Source: an uncultured Clostridium sp. (GTDB taxonomy: Bacteria; Bacillota; Clostridia; TANB77; CAG-508). From it: a stretch of 64,000 nt of DNA. The DNA lies in NCBI GenBank assembly GCA_930980855.1, contig CAKNIZ010000005.1, positions 4,713-68,712 on the forward strand. The letters run 5' to 3'. A model generated the notes under the pieces. The model saw nothing but the letters and a program-made list of their open reading frames with translations, made no database searches and had not been told where the DNA came from. A program made the translations under genes and the position numbers. Below are positions 1-10,900 of the stretch, one piece after another (the stretch's first letter is position 1; every line of letters begins with the position of its first letter).

Positions 1-68
1 AAGTTGAGCTTCAAGGAACAAGAAGTTCAAATATACAATTTCTAATCATTATATAACTGCTGTAATTA

Positions 69-2516
69 CTACTTTTTCTTATTTACTTTAAAAGCAATTA
101 CACTCATATCATCTCTAGCTTTTCCAAAATCATTATCAATAGCTTCATGAAGTATGATATCTGCTATTCTTTCTGGACTATCAGTTTGTATTTCTTCTAG
201 CAAATATTTTACCCACAATTCTTTATTTGCATATTCACGGTTTGATTCTATTATACCATCACTACAAATAACTACAATATCGTCATCTTCTAAATCTTTA
301 TCATATGTATCAATATTTATTTCACTTACTATTCCTGTTGGTAATGATTCTGATTTTATAAGTGTTACATTTTTGTTTCTTTTAATATATGTTGGGCAAG
401 CTCCGTTTTTCAGAATTTCTATTTTTCCATCATATAAATCTAATATTTCTATATCAAGTGTTGCATACATTTCTTCTTTATTTGCATTCATAATTGCGGC
501 ATTAATTAAATTTATAGATGTTTCTTTATCAAATCCAGAGCTTAATAGTCTTTCTAACATACATATTGCAATTTTACTATTTCTTCTTGCTTCTGCTCCA
601 GAACCCATTCCATCACTTATTGCTAACAAATATTTACCATCTGCTAGTCTTAGCTGAGACATATTATCTCCTGAAACAATAGAATCATCCTTTTTAGCTT
701 TTGCCACACCTGTTTGCAATATATATCTATCATCTGATATATAAGTATAAGCACAAACATTTTTATTAAGTCTTATTCCACATTTTTGTTCTTGAAGCAT
801 AAATTTATCATCTAGTACATTTGATATAGCTTTTTCTATTGGTTTAATTGGACATTTTTTTCCATTTTCATTATCACAAATATCTGAATATATATTTACT
901 ATATATCTTCCATTTTTCTCTTGTTTTATATTTAAATCTTTTATATCTATATTCTTTTCTTCTAATAAAAGTTTTATTTTCTGTTTTTCTTCATCATAGC
1001 TTTCTACTTTTTCTTCCATACCATTTGCTATATCTTTTATAGCATTAGATACAGTTTTTAATTGCATAGATAAGTTTTTATTATTTTCTTCAAGTTTCTT
1101 TTGCCAAATAAAATTATTTTTACTTATTCTATATGCAATATTTATTGCTTTTATCATATCTCTAATTTCTTGCAATTCGCTATCCTTTGCACTAGGATTT
1201 TCCGAATTCATTAAATATGTGTTATGCTTTGCAAATATACTAATAATTCCGTTTTCAGTCATAACGCCGTTTTCTAGTAAATTATTTAATATATCTTCTA
1301 TGATATTTCCTTCATTGTTATAAATATCGTCATATAAGGCATTTCCTTCTAAACCATCTAAACTATTTAATAGCTCGTCCTCAAATACTTCTAAATTTTT
1401 TTCATAGGTCTCATTTGCTTTAAAATTATTTGCCATTTCAGAAATTGTTTTTGATATACTAGTTAATTTTGTTAGCGCTTCTTGACTTTCTTCTAGATTT
1501 CTTCCAGCCTCAGGTAATAATTTTGTATCTGGAATGATATCTTCTATATTTATTTTTGCTCTTTTTGGAACAAATAATAGTCCTACAGCAGCAATTAAAA
1601 TTTCTTGGAATAGAATTATATTATTTACTCCACCACTTGCAGCATATGCAACAGCTATATTTCCAAGAATAAATCCAACAATAACTCCTATTTTTCCAAA
1701 TCTATTAAGAAGACCTGCTATCATTCCTGAAATTGCGAATGCAGCAATTAATACTTCTTCTCCTCCACCAATTATACTAAGTACAACTCCTACAGTTATT
1801 CCACTTGTAGCTCCAACTAAAATTCCATTTCTCCAGCCTAGATATAATACTATGAAAATACATATTATATTTTTTAAAGAAAATGAAAATATGCTAAGGT
1901 CTCCTAGTGCTGAAACTGCTATAGAAACAAGCAAGCTTGCTCCTATTACTTCTTGTGCAGAAAATACTTTCTTAATTCCGTATTCACTAATTACTGATAA
2001 CGAATTTACAAAGATTTTATAAAATATATATGTAGTAATACTTATCATTATCGCTGTTAATAAGTCATAGAAATAAAATCCTGTGAATAATATGTATATT
2101 AGTTGAACTAGAAAAACTGATATTGCTAAATTCCCACCAATTTTTACTCTTTCATTTGCATCAATATCATTTCTTTTGGGCTTAGTAATTATAACTGTCA
2201 AAAGAACTAATAATGAGCTAACTATATATATTAAAAGTCCATTTATTCCAAAGCCTATGCCTGTACCAATTAAACTTGCAATATATACCATAAACAATGG
2301 CAGCCCTCTGCTTATGCTAGCTGCAACTAATGCTATACCAAATGGAGCAATTATTGCTCCTTCTCCAAATCCCACCACCGATATTAGTAAACTTAAAATG
2401 TATACAGCTATATTCTGCACGGTAAATATTTTTTTAGCCGCTTCTGAATAATTTTTTCTGCTTTTTCCTTGTATTCCTTCATCATATCCTAATTCTTTTG
2501 AAATATTTTGTAACAT
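69..2516 (-). CDS. spoIIE: Stage II sporulation protein E (polytopic membrane PP2C-type phosphatase)
   Basis: 815 aa. The N-terminal half is a run of hydrophobic helices. The C-terminus has SpoIIE/PP2C motifs (LAISDGMGSG, VVICSDGIIES, DDMSVIAF). Confidence 0.85.
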   Translation of the reverse strand: MLQNISKELGYDEGIQGKSRKNYSEAAKKIFTVQNIAVYILSLLISVVGFGEGAIIAPFGIALVAASISRGLPLFMVYIASLIGTGIGFGINGLLIYIVSSLLVLLTVIITKPKRNDIDANERVKIGGNLAISVFLVQLIYILFTGFYFYDLLTAIMISITTYIFYKIFVNSLSVISEYGIKKVFSAQEVIGASLLVSIAVSALGDLSIFSFSLKNIICIFIVLYLGWRNGILVGATSGITVGVVLSIIGGGEEVLIAAFAISGMIAGLLNRFGKIGVIVGFILGNIAVAYAASGGVNNIILFQEILIAAVGLLFVPKRAKINIEDIIPDTKLLPEAGRNLEESQEALTKLTSISKTISEMANNFKANETYEKNLEVFEDELLNSLDGLEGNALYDDIYNNEGNIIEDILNNLLENGVMTENGIISIFAKHNTYLMNSENPSAKDSELQEIRDMIKAINIAYRISKNNFIWQKKLEENNKNLSMQLKTVSNAIKDIANGMEEKVESYDEEKQKIKLLLEEKNIDIKDLNIKQEKNGRYIVNIYSDICDNENGKKCPIKPIEKAISNVLDDKFMLQEQKCGIRLNKNVCAYTYISDDRYILQTGVAKAKKDDSIVSGDNMSQLRLADGKYLLAISDGMGSGAEARRNSKIAICMLERLLSSGFDKETSINLINAAIMNANKEEMYATLDIEILDLYDGKIEILKNGACPTYIKRNKNVTLIKSESLPTGIVSEINIDTYDKDLEDDDIVVICSDGIIESNREYANKELWVKYLLEEIQTDSPERIADIILHEAIDNDFGKARDDMSVIAFKVNKKK

Positions 2517-2671
2517 CCTTCACACCTCTTACTTTTTTAATTTACCACTATTTTAATATCTGTAATTTAAATTTATTGTCAAATTTAGTACTGAAATTAA
2601 AAAAAGTATCTTACACATTGTGATATTTTTTTACTTATTTTACCCTAAAATCCCTAAAAAAACAATATATT

Positions 2672-2706
2672 TACAAAAAAACGAGACTAGAATTCTAGTC
2701 CCGTTA
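2672..2706 (-). terminator. Rho-independent terminator after the 1744-aa surface protein gene
   Basis: Perfect palindrome gactagaattctagtc inside acgagactagaattctagtcccgt. On the minus strand it is followed by a T7 run (plus aaaaaaa at 2674-2680). Confidence 0.6.
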
Positions 2707-2710
2707 TTTT

Positions 2711-5700
2711 TTATTTATTTTTTAGTACTTTCTTTCTTATTAAGAATATACTTCCTCCAATCAATACAGCTATGACAAGTCCTATTACAATCCACATTAC
2801 ATAGTTTCTATTAGCACCTGTTGGTGGTAATATTAATACCTGTTGTGAACTGTCTGCGTCTGGTTCTTCTGGTGTTACTAAATCTGACTTTGTGTAAATA
2901 CCTTCATCAGGGTTTGCTGGGTCTCCGACGCCTAAGCTTTGATCGGCCATTGCTTGGTTACCAACAATAGAGAATTTCATTCTTCTACCTTGATCATTAG
3001 ATACTTGAACCATTTCAGCCAAGTTATTGTATACCATACTGTCATCTCCACTATCTGGAGTTAATGTTGAAGATAACATCATTTGAGTCGATACATTTGC
3101 TGTACCTGAACCAAATGTTTCTGGATATAGGTTTGTATCGCCTAAAGCCTTTGTTGTTGTAAGAGCATTGTATGTTCTCAATGTGTCTGTAAATTTAGTA
3201 TTAATTAAGTTTGTATTATCTCCTATATTTGTTCCAGCATTAGTATTTCTAACTAAGTCATCTACTGTTCTAATTGACCATGTAGAGTTATTACTATTTG
3301 TAGGTAAGAATTGAAGGTTATTTGATACATAATCTACTACAGTATCTGCTCTTGAAGTTGAAACATTATTTAAGTCGTTTGGAGCATTTGATACACCTGT
3401 ATAATAGAACTGATTGTCCATATAATCTACTTCACCTATATTAGTTACAGTAAATGTATATATTAATTCTATTCTAGCACCATACATTAATTCTTCATCC
3501 ATATATGTTGTAATTAATTCTGGAGTACTTTCTGAGTTTGCTCCCATTGTTACACCTAATAATCTATATGCAGGTCCATTATTTTCATCTGGAACACCTA
3601 AGTAATCTGCTATATGTCCTGTATGTTCTGCATATGATACGTTAGTTACTGAATGGCCTGTATCAAATAAAATTGTACCATCTGCTAAAGTAATTCTCAT
3701 ATTAGTTACTTCTTTATCCATATTTAATTGTGCAACTGGTCTTTCTGCAAGTCCAAGGTCTATATCATCTATAACATATGACATTCCATTGTTATCTCCC
3801 TGGTCTCCTGTTTCTGTTCTGTTATATTCTATTTCTGTATTTATAACACCAGTTTGAGATGTCATTGCAGTATTATCCATTAATTCTTTTATCATAGAAA
3901 CTTGGTCATTAGCATTGTTATTAGAATTTACTTTTAATCCTGCTGCTAACACTTCTGCTCTTGCATTTACTAGTGTTTGATGTGTTTCTCCATCTATATC
4001 GGTTTTACCACTAGAGTAATTATTTGAACTATCTCTAATATTTCCTACATCTTTAGCATCTGAAACACCACTTTGTGTTGCGCTTTCGCCAATATTGTAA
4101 TAATACATTACATTCTTCTTAGTACCGTCTACATTTGTAGCTTCTCTATCAATATATTTACTAATTTGATATTTTGAGCTGCTACCATTTACTGGAGATT
4201 GGTTTTCATTAATAGTGATATTGTAATTTTGCTCATCATATCTTGTATATGCATCAACTCCATTATATGACCCTGTTTGACTTACTCCTGCTTGATATGT
4301 TGTACTCTTATAATCTTGACCATTATAAGATTTAGCATTTAATCCTTCAGTTGAGATAAATCCTTGTTCACCATTAACATCTGTTGTTATTCCATTTGAT
4401 GTTAATAATCCTACAACTTCTGAACCTTCTCCTGCACTTGTTGTTAATGTAGTTTGTGTCGTATCTCCATATATAAATCTTATAAAGAAGTCTCCGGCTG
4501 GTATAGCTTTAAATGCGTATTGTCCTTCTTCTGTTATATCATATCCACCAACTGCTGTTGCACCTGGTCCTGTGATAATTGGAGCAACTGTTCCAATTTG
4601 TCCACTATAGTATCTTCTACTTCCTGAAGTACTTGAACTATCTACATCAACCCAGTTACCATTTTCATATCTCTTAGCATACCATACATATTCTCCTAAG
4701 TAGTTTCCTGTTGGACTACCTGCATCACTTGCATCAACTTCTTGTACTAATTCTACTAATTGAACTGTTACACCATTAATTTTTGCTTCTCCCGAATCGT
4801 ATCTACCATTTCCTATTGCTGCTTTTCCTGAAGCTTCAGTTCTATTATCTTCGAATACATATCCTGTAAATGTTCTTTCATCTGCATCACTTTGTGGGAA
4901 TACTAATTTAATGTTTGGAGCCTTATCTGTATCATCTTCTGTTCTATTTGAAACTGGATCATCATCAATTATTAAGTCACCATCACTATCTATATCGTCA
5001 TCACTTAAACTACCAACACTTGAATCTAAATCAATTACACCAGCAACATCTCCTCCTACATCTTCATCTATAGTAGAATCTCCAGAATCTAACTCATCCG
5101 GAATTGTTGCTCCATCTTTATAGTATGTTGAGTATCCATTTATTTCTGCAATATTACGTTTTCCAACGCCTTTTTCTGCACCGCTGCTTACGTTTACATC
5201 CATCTGAACACGTCCATCCATACCATTTTCGTCAGTATGTGTTTTAACTTTTAATGTTAGATATACGAATGCCATTCCTCCATTTGTAGGAAGTGCTTCA
5301 TTTCCATTTTCATCAGTTATTCCACTTAGGTATAATGGTTCATAGTAATTTGTAAGTGTTGTATCTCCTCTACCATTTGATAATGTAGTGCTTGTAGATA
5401 CATCTAAATCACCTATTCTATCTCCTGCCCTATCTCCTACATAAGTATTTTCACTAATTATTGGATTGTTTTCATCAAATTCATATTCGTTTGAGTCATA
5501 GTAATCTACTATTTCATTTACTATAGTATCATATGATGCTGATTGATTTCTAACGACTATTCTATATGTTACATATACTTGTAGGTCTTTAGCATCTGTT
5601 CCACCATTTGCTCCATAAATACTTCCATCATATAGATATTCTGATTTACGTATTTCTCTAGTATAACGATAATCTCCATTATATAGATAATCTGCTGCTC

Positions 5701-7945
5701 TTACCGAAATTCTCCATGAGCCATCATCATCTATATCTGCATCTTTCTTATTATATTCGTATTCATGTGTTTTACCATTTACTCTGACAATTGCCTTGTA
5801 AACATCTTTTTGAAGTCCTAAATCTGCTGTATCTCTTAAATATAATCCGAAATCTACATTTCTACTTTGGTCTCTATCTTTAGTATATAGGTTATCATAT
5901 CCTAGTAGTGAACCATCTTGAGGATTGTCTATGTCTTCTAGTAAGAAAACATTTTCTTCTGGATAGTTTATTGTATATGCACTAATTAGACAATCTTGAA
6001 TATATTCCCAAATATTATCTTGTTCTTGACTATCAACTCCTATACTGCTAAGCTCACTCTTGAAATCTCCCTCTATGTTATTATATTCCATAGCTTGCGT
6101 ATATTTATCTATATACGTATTTTCCATAGAGTCCTTATTTGTCATGTCATAGTCATTTCCATATGTAGCTAATTCCTTAAATATATCCCATGCATCACAG
6201 AATCTAAATGCACCTTCATTTATGTCTGCATTTGTTCCAGATGAGCCACTATATGATATATAGTCACCTCGTGAGTTCTTTATTTTTTCGTAAAAACTAT
6301 ATACTTTCTTCCAGCCACCGTCTTGATAGTTATCTGGTGATGAATCTATGGTTTCAAATTTTAGATTTAAATCTTCCCTATCACTATCTCTTTCTCTAGC
6401 TGTTGAATATCCTCCACTTAAATCATTTTTATAATAAGTGTCTTGATATACCATTCCGTTATATATGAATCTTACATAGTATTTATGCATTGGGTTAATA
6501 TTTTTGAATCCATATGCTCCATATTGGTCTGTAGTTGTACTACTTACAAAAGTATCTGTATTTGCATCATATAATTCTACTTGAATTCCTGCAAATTTTG
6601 ATTCAGCTCCATTGTTGAATCTTCCGTCCATGTCACTTTCTTTTGTTAAGTCACTTAATTCTTGCCATACATATCCACCAATGTACATATCTACATCAAA
6701 TCCTTGACCAGGACTTTTTAATACAGACCAGTTTGGTGAACAGTTATATATTCTAATCATTGGTTGAATGTAATCAGTTATACCTGATGCATTTGAGTCA
6801 TTTGCGTTATAATGCCCACTTGATCCTAAAACCTCTTCCGTTACTTCGCTATCGCTAAGTCTACTATCTGATTGGCTATAATGTCTAATATCTCCTGGAT
6901 AAAATGGTATTGACCAAACTCCTCCACCTTTAGTAGATCTAATTATAAGTTCAGCTTCTATATTAGAGAATTCCCAGTAATCAAATACTGTTCTATATCC
7001 TTCAATAATTGCATTACCATCATCATCTTGCCCCCAAATTGGTTCTTCATGTGTTTCTTTGCTTCTTGAATAATTCACAACATTTAATTCAATATCATAA
7101 AAGTCTAGACTTATTGGTGTATATTCAGTAGCAGAGCCACTCATGCTAGCAATGTAATCTACGTCTATAGTAAAATCACCTGTGTAATCTATCTCTCCAT
7201 CATTATTAGGCTGAAATTGTATATAAAACTCTTCTCCACTTACAAAGTTTGGAAAATCAATTTGATTTCTTGAAGAATTTAAGAATATTGGATTTGTTCC
7301 ATCTAACCCAGATATAGCATTAAATTTAGCAAATCTAGTAGCATCTGAGTATCCTTGATTTCCTTTTCCTATAATTTCATTGTATAATATTTGTTTAGCT
7401 TCATCATCTCCTGCATTAACAGTTAAAGTATATGGTCCTACTGTGTATGTCTTATTATTCTGGTCTACCATCAATTTTAAATCAGTATGATTTATTGTAA
7501 ATAATGGGTTATTTCCAAGTTGTGAAAAAATTTTATAATATACAGTTCCATATTGGTAAGATCTAATTTCTACAGTATTGGAACTTGTAGATGTATAATG
7601 AGGTGGATTTCCTATTTCTACAACATTAGATGAATTTCCCCATTGTACTGATGCCCATACCACCTTTTGTATTGCGACTGGATCTGAACTTCCAATCCAA
7701 GCTGCGTATGCAGAAGATTGCTCAGGCGTTCCAACAGAGCGTTCTGAAAACTCCATATATGTTTCTTCTTTATCATTTGCAAAGAACAATAATGCTTTAC
7801 CTTGATTCATACAGAATAAATCTGGACTAATTTCATATGCTTGTGAATGATATGGAAAAGTTGCACCATTTACCACTCCTTGTAATACAAATATTGCTAT
7901 TATACTAATTAAAAATATTATTAATCGTTTTAAAGTTTTACTCAT
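2711..7945 (-). CDS. Giant sortase-anchored cell-surface protein (adhesin-like)
   Basis: 1744 aa. N-terminal signal peptide. SdrD/Cna-B-like segments (GYVWQE...QVELYD...TDQYGAYGFKN; TGYVFEDNR...VTVQLVE). C-terminal LPPTG, then a hydrophobic helix and an RKK tail. Confidence 0.75.
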   Translation of the reverse strand: MSKTLKRLIIFLISIIAIFVLQGVVNGATFPYHSQAYEISPDLFCMNQGKALLFFANDKEETYMEFSERSVGTPEQSSAYAAWIGSSDPVAIQKVVWASVQWGNSSNVVEIGNPPHYTSTSSNTVEIRSYQYGTVYYKIFSQLGNNPLFTINHTDLKLMVDQNNKTYTVGPYTLTVNAGDDEAKQILYNEIIGKGNQGYSDATRFAKFNAISGLDGTNPIFLNSSRNQIDFPNFVSGEEFYIQFQPNNDGEIDYTGDFTIDVDYIASMSGSATEYTPISLDFYDIELNVVNYSRSKETHEEPIWGQDDDGNAIIEGYRTVFDYWEFSNIEAELIIRSTKGGGVWSIPFYPGDIRHYSQSDSRLSDSEVTEEVLGSSGHYNANDSNASGITDYIQPMIRIYNCSPNWSVLKSPGQGFDVDMYIGGYVWQELSDLTKESDMDGRFNNGAESKFAGIQVELYDANTDTFVSSTTTDQYGAYGFKNINPMHKYYVRFIYNGMVYQDTYYKNDLSGGYSTARERDSDREDLNLKFETIDSSPDNYQDGGWKKVYSFYEKIKNSRGDYISYSGSSGTNADINEGAFRFCDAWDIFKELATYGNDYDMTNKDSMENTYIDKYTQAMEYNNIEGDFKSELSSIGVDSQEQDNIWEYIQDCLISAYTINYPEENVFLLEDIDNPQDGSLLGYDNLYTKDRDQSRNVDFGLYLRDTADLGLQKDVYKAIVRVNGKTHEYEYNKKDADIDDDGSWRISVRAADYLYNGDYRYTREIRKSEYLYDGSIYGANGGTDAKDLQVYVTYRIVVRNQSASYDTIVNEIVDYYDSNEYEFDENNPIISENTYVGDRAGDRIGDLDVSTSTTLSNGRGDTTLTNYYEPLYLSGITDENGNEALPTNGGMAFVYLTLKVKTHTDENGMDGRVQMDVNVSSGAEKGVGKRNIAEINGYSTYYKDGATIPDELDSGDSTIDEDVGGDVAGVIDLDSSVGSLSDDDIDSDGDLIIDDDPVSNRTEDDTDKAPNIKLVFPQSDADERTFTGYVFEDNRTEASGKAAIGNGRYDSGEAKINGVTVQLVELVQEVDASDAGSPTGNYLGEYVWYAKRYENGNWVDVDSSSTSGSRRYYSGQIGTVAPIITGPGATAVGGYDITEEGQYAFKAIPAGDFFIRFIYGDTTQTTLTTSAGEGSEVVGLLTSNGITTDVNGEQGFISTEGLNAKSYNGQDYKSTTYQAGVSQTGSYNGVDAYTRYDEQNYNITINENQSPVNGSSSKYQISKYIDREATNVDGTKKNVMYYYNIGESATQSGVSDAKDVGNIRDSSNNYSSGKTDIDGETHQTLVNARAEVLAAGLKVNSNNNANDQVSMIKELMDNTAMTSQTGVINTEIEYNRTETGDQGDNNGMSYVIDDIDLGLAERPVAQLNMDKEVTNMRITLADGTILFDTGHSVTNVSYAEHTGHIADYLGVPDENNGPAYRLLGVTMGANSESTPELITTYMDEELMYGARIELIYTFTVTNIGEVDYMDNQFYYTGVSNAPNDLNNVSTSRADTVVDYVSNNLQFLPTNSNNSTWSIRTVDDLVRNTNAGTNIGDNTNLINTKFTDTLRTYNALTTTKALGDTNLYPETFGSGTANVSTQMMLSSTLTPDSGDDSMVYNNLAEMVQVSNDQGRRMKFSIVGNQAMADQSLGVGDPANPDEGIYTKSDLVTPEEPDADSSQQVLILPPTGANRNYVMWIVIGLVIAVLIGGSIFLIRKKVLKNK

Positions 7946-7959
7946 ATTCTCCCTCCTTT

Positions 7960-10900
7960 CTATATTTTATTTAGGACTCTTTTTTTAATTATCCATACTG
8001 CTACTCCTATAATAGCAAGTACTCCTATAGTAATTCCGATGAAAGAAGCTACCTCTCTACCAGTTCCAAGTGTAATTAGTAAGTCTGCATAAGAAATATC
8101 ATCTTCGCCATCTTGCTTATTTCCCGCTGTAGAATCTTTATCTTCTAATCCATATTCATTATAAGATTTATTTATTTCTACTAAATTATGTACTGTTCCT
8201 GTATTTTCTCCGGTCATCTTTCTTGTTAATACTAAAGTTACTGTTTTGCTTTCTCCCGGATTTATAATTGTATTAGCTAAGCTTGTTGTATAAAGATTTC
8301 CATCACTAGCCATATACCAATTATTATTTAATTCAGAACTAAATGCCATTCCTTCTGGTAAATAATCAACTATTTCTTCTGCATATCCTGGAATTTCACC
8401 TTCATTTGTAACTGTTATATTGTATTCTACAAGTACTGTTGTATCTTCAATTTTTGTGTTATATAAATCAATTTTTCCAAAAGAACTATTAACTTCTTGT
8501 TCAATTGTTTCTATATAAGGATTTGTTGCTGTTACTTTTGAAATTGTTTTGTCAATGCTTAAGTCAAAGTTTCTTATTCTTGATAGTCCTAAGTCTAAAT
8601 TATAGAAATTGCTATTAGTAATTGTAAAGTTGTCTGTTGCAGCAACTTCTCTTCCATCTAGAGTTGCATTTACAAAATCTGAATTTTCAGATTCTGAAAT
8701 TCCTTCTGCATGATAAACTGTTACTCTATATATACTCGTATCAAATTCTGCTACAACATTATATTGTCCAGGTTTCACATTATTAAATGTGTATCTTCCA
8801 TCTTCTCCGGTTGTCATTACTAAATCATTTCCTGAAACATCTTTTGCTATTGCTCCAGTAGTAGAATCATATAACATAACTCTTATATTAGCGAATCTAG
8901 TTTCTTCTGAACTTCTTCTTCCATCATTATTTTCATCGATCCAAATGTTACCTGTAACTCTATATGTACCATCTATTGAAGGTTCATCTGCCCCGCCTTG
9001 TTCATAGTCGCCAGTTCCTTGAATTCTTACACTTGCAGAATTAATTGAAACTGCATCTCCATCTATTATTTGTAATGTTGGTTTATTTTCTACTGTAGTT
9101 TCTTGTCCTTGTGCAATAGTATTCGCTCTCGCTCTAATTGTAGCTCTAGCATTTTCTCCTGCTTTTAATGTAAAGTTAGTTTTTATAAATCCACCTGTTG
9201 AACTTGCAACTTCTTGTCCGTTAACAACTAATCTATAATTTGTAAGTCTTAATTCACTTGGAAGAGTATTTGCAAATGTTAATCTAACGTCAGTATCTCC
9301 TCTATTCTCAATATCTACGTAAAACTCAAGTTGGTCTGTGTCTATCATTGTTCCATCAGGAAGATTCGTTGACTGTTCTGCAAAAATGTCCACTCTTGAA
9401 GAATAATATGAAATGGAATTTGAAAATTCCTCTTGTCCACCATCAGAAGTTGCGCTTGCAACTACAATAGCATCGTTTGAAAGTTCTCCTGTAACTCTAC
9501 CATAGAATTGCATATATACAGTTTTTCTAGAGCTCATTTGTCCTATTGGATAACTTAATGTATTTGTTTCTTTATTATAATATTGTGTATAATCTGTTCC
9601 TGCATATTCCATTCCTTGTGGGAATTTTAAGTTAAGCACTACATTATTCTTTTCATCTCTATTAACATTTTCAAGTTCTACATCAAATGATATTAATTGG
9701 CCATTTAAAGCTTTTCCTTCTACATCTGCAACCAAACTTAATCTTACTGTTCCTTTTGTATTATGGAATGAATATTCTAATACTTGTTCAGGTGTTTGAT
9801 CTGATATCACTTTAAAAGTAGTTAATGTTTGATATGGATCTTCTTGAATATCTGGGTCTTCTTCATCTCCTGTATTATCATCAATTATTTCAATATTTCC
9901 TACATTAAATTCAAGTTCTTTCTCTTCTCCTGCTCCTAAACTTTCTATTGTTTGAACCTGTTCTGTAAGTTCATAGTTTAATCCATAGCTTCCTGGTCCT
10001 CCAGTAGAACCTTCCCTATAAACTAATGCTGCTAATTCGTCCGGCATTGTTTGAGTTACTTTTACATTTGTTGCTGGAACATCAGCATTATTTTTTACTT
10101 TTACTCTAAATTTGATATATTGCCCTTCTTTAATATCTGCTCCATTTGCTATTTGAGCTCCTGTATTAAAATCATAAGCTGTAATTTCTGCTGTAACATC
10201 TGGTTCTAATCCTGTTGTAATTCCAACTGGTGTTGCTGAAACAACATTTTGGGTTGTTCCTTCTTCTGCATCATTATCATAATATATTCCAAAATTTGAT
10301 TTTACTGTATTGTTATATTGTAAGTTTGCTGGAACGGTTACATTATAATTAAAATTGAATCTTGTTGCATTTGTCATAGCTCCATCTAATACTATTAAAT
10401 AAGATTTTGCATCTGCTGTATAATCTTTTGTCCATCCATTACTTGAATTTTGTAAATCAGCATCTGCATTTTCATTAGTAGAATAATATATAGTTCCTGT
10501 TATTCCGTCTAATGTAATTCCACTTGCAAATTTTGTATCAAAATTACTTCCTAAGTTTTCATTAGTTCCTACTTTTGTATTTCCTGAGAAAGGAATTCTT
10601 CCTAATACCTTAACTCCAGTTGCATCACTTCCTAAGTTATTAACTATTGTTCCTGTTACTTGCATTGTTTTTTCTGAAGAATTTGCTGCTATTCTTCCAA
10701 TTTCTTCATTTCCTTCTTGTGATGTAGCTTTTTCATCTCCATTATATCCAGTTAAAGAATTTATTGTAACAAATCCTGTAGGTGCTACAACGTTTACAGG
10801 GGCTTGTACAGAGTTTGTAACAGCCTCTCTTTGAACTGAATAATTATTTTGATTTGTATAGTCTAATGTAATATTTGTTTCCTTACTTGGTGCTAAATTA

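Noticed and set aside
154-2451. Plus-strand ORFs (154-657, 848-1042, 1534-2022, 2176-2451) antisense to spoIIE, and analogous antisense ORFs throughout (for example 23817-24356, 26142-27030, 29482-29843, 33884-34321, 38771-39160, 60482-61186, 62029-62355)
   Set aside because: They are nested antisense within long, well-supported minus-strand genes. Their translations are low-complexity and Leu/Phe/Ile/Ser-rich, as expected from AT-rich antisense frames. They lack RBSs.
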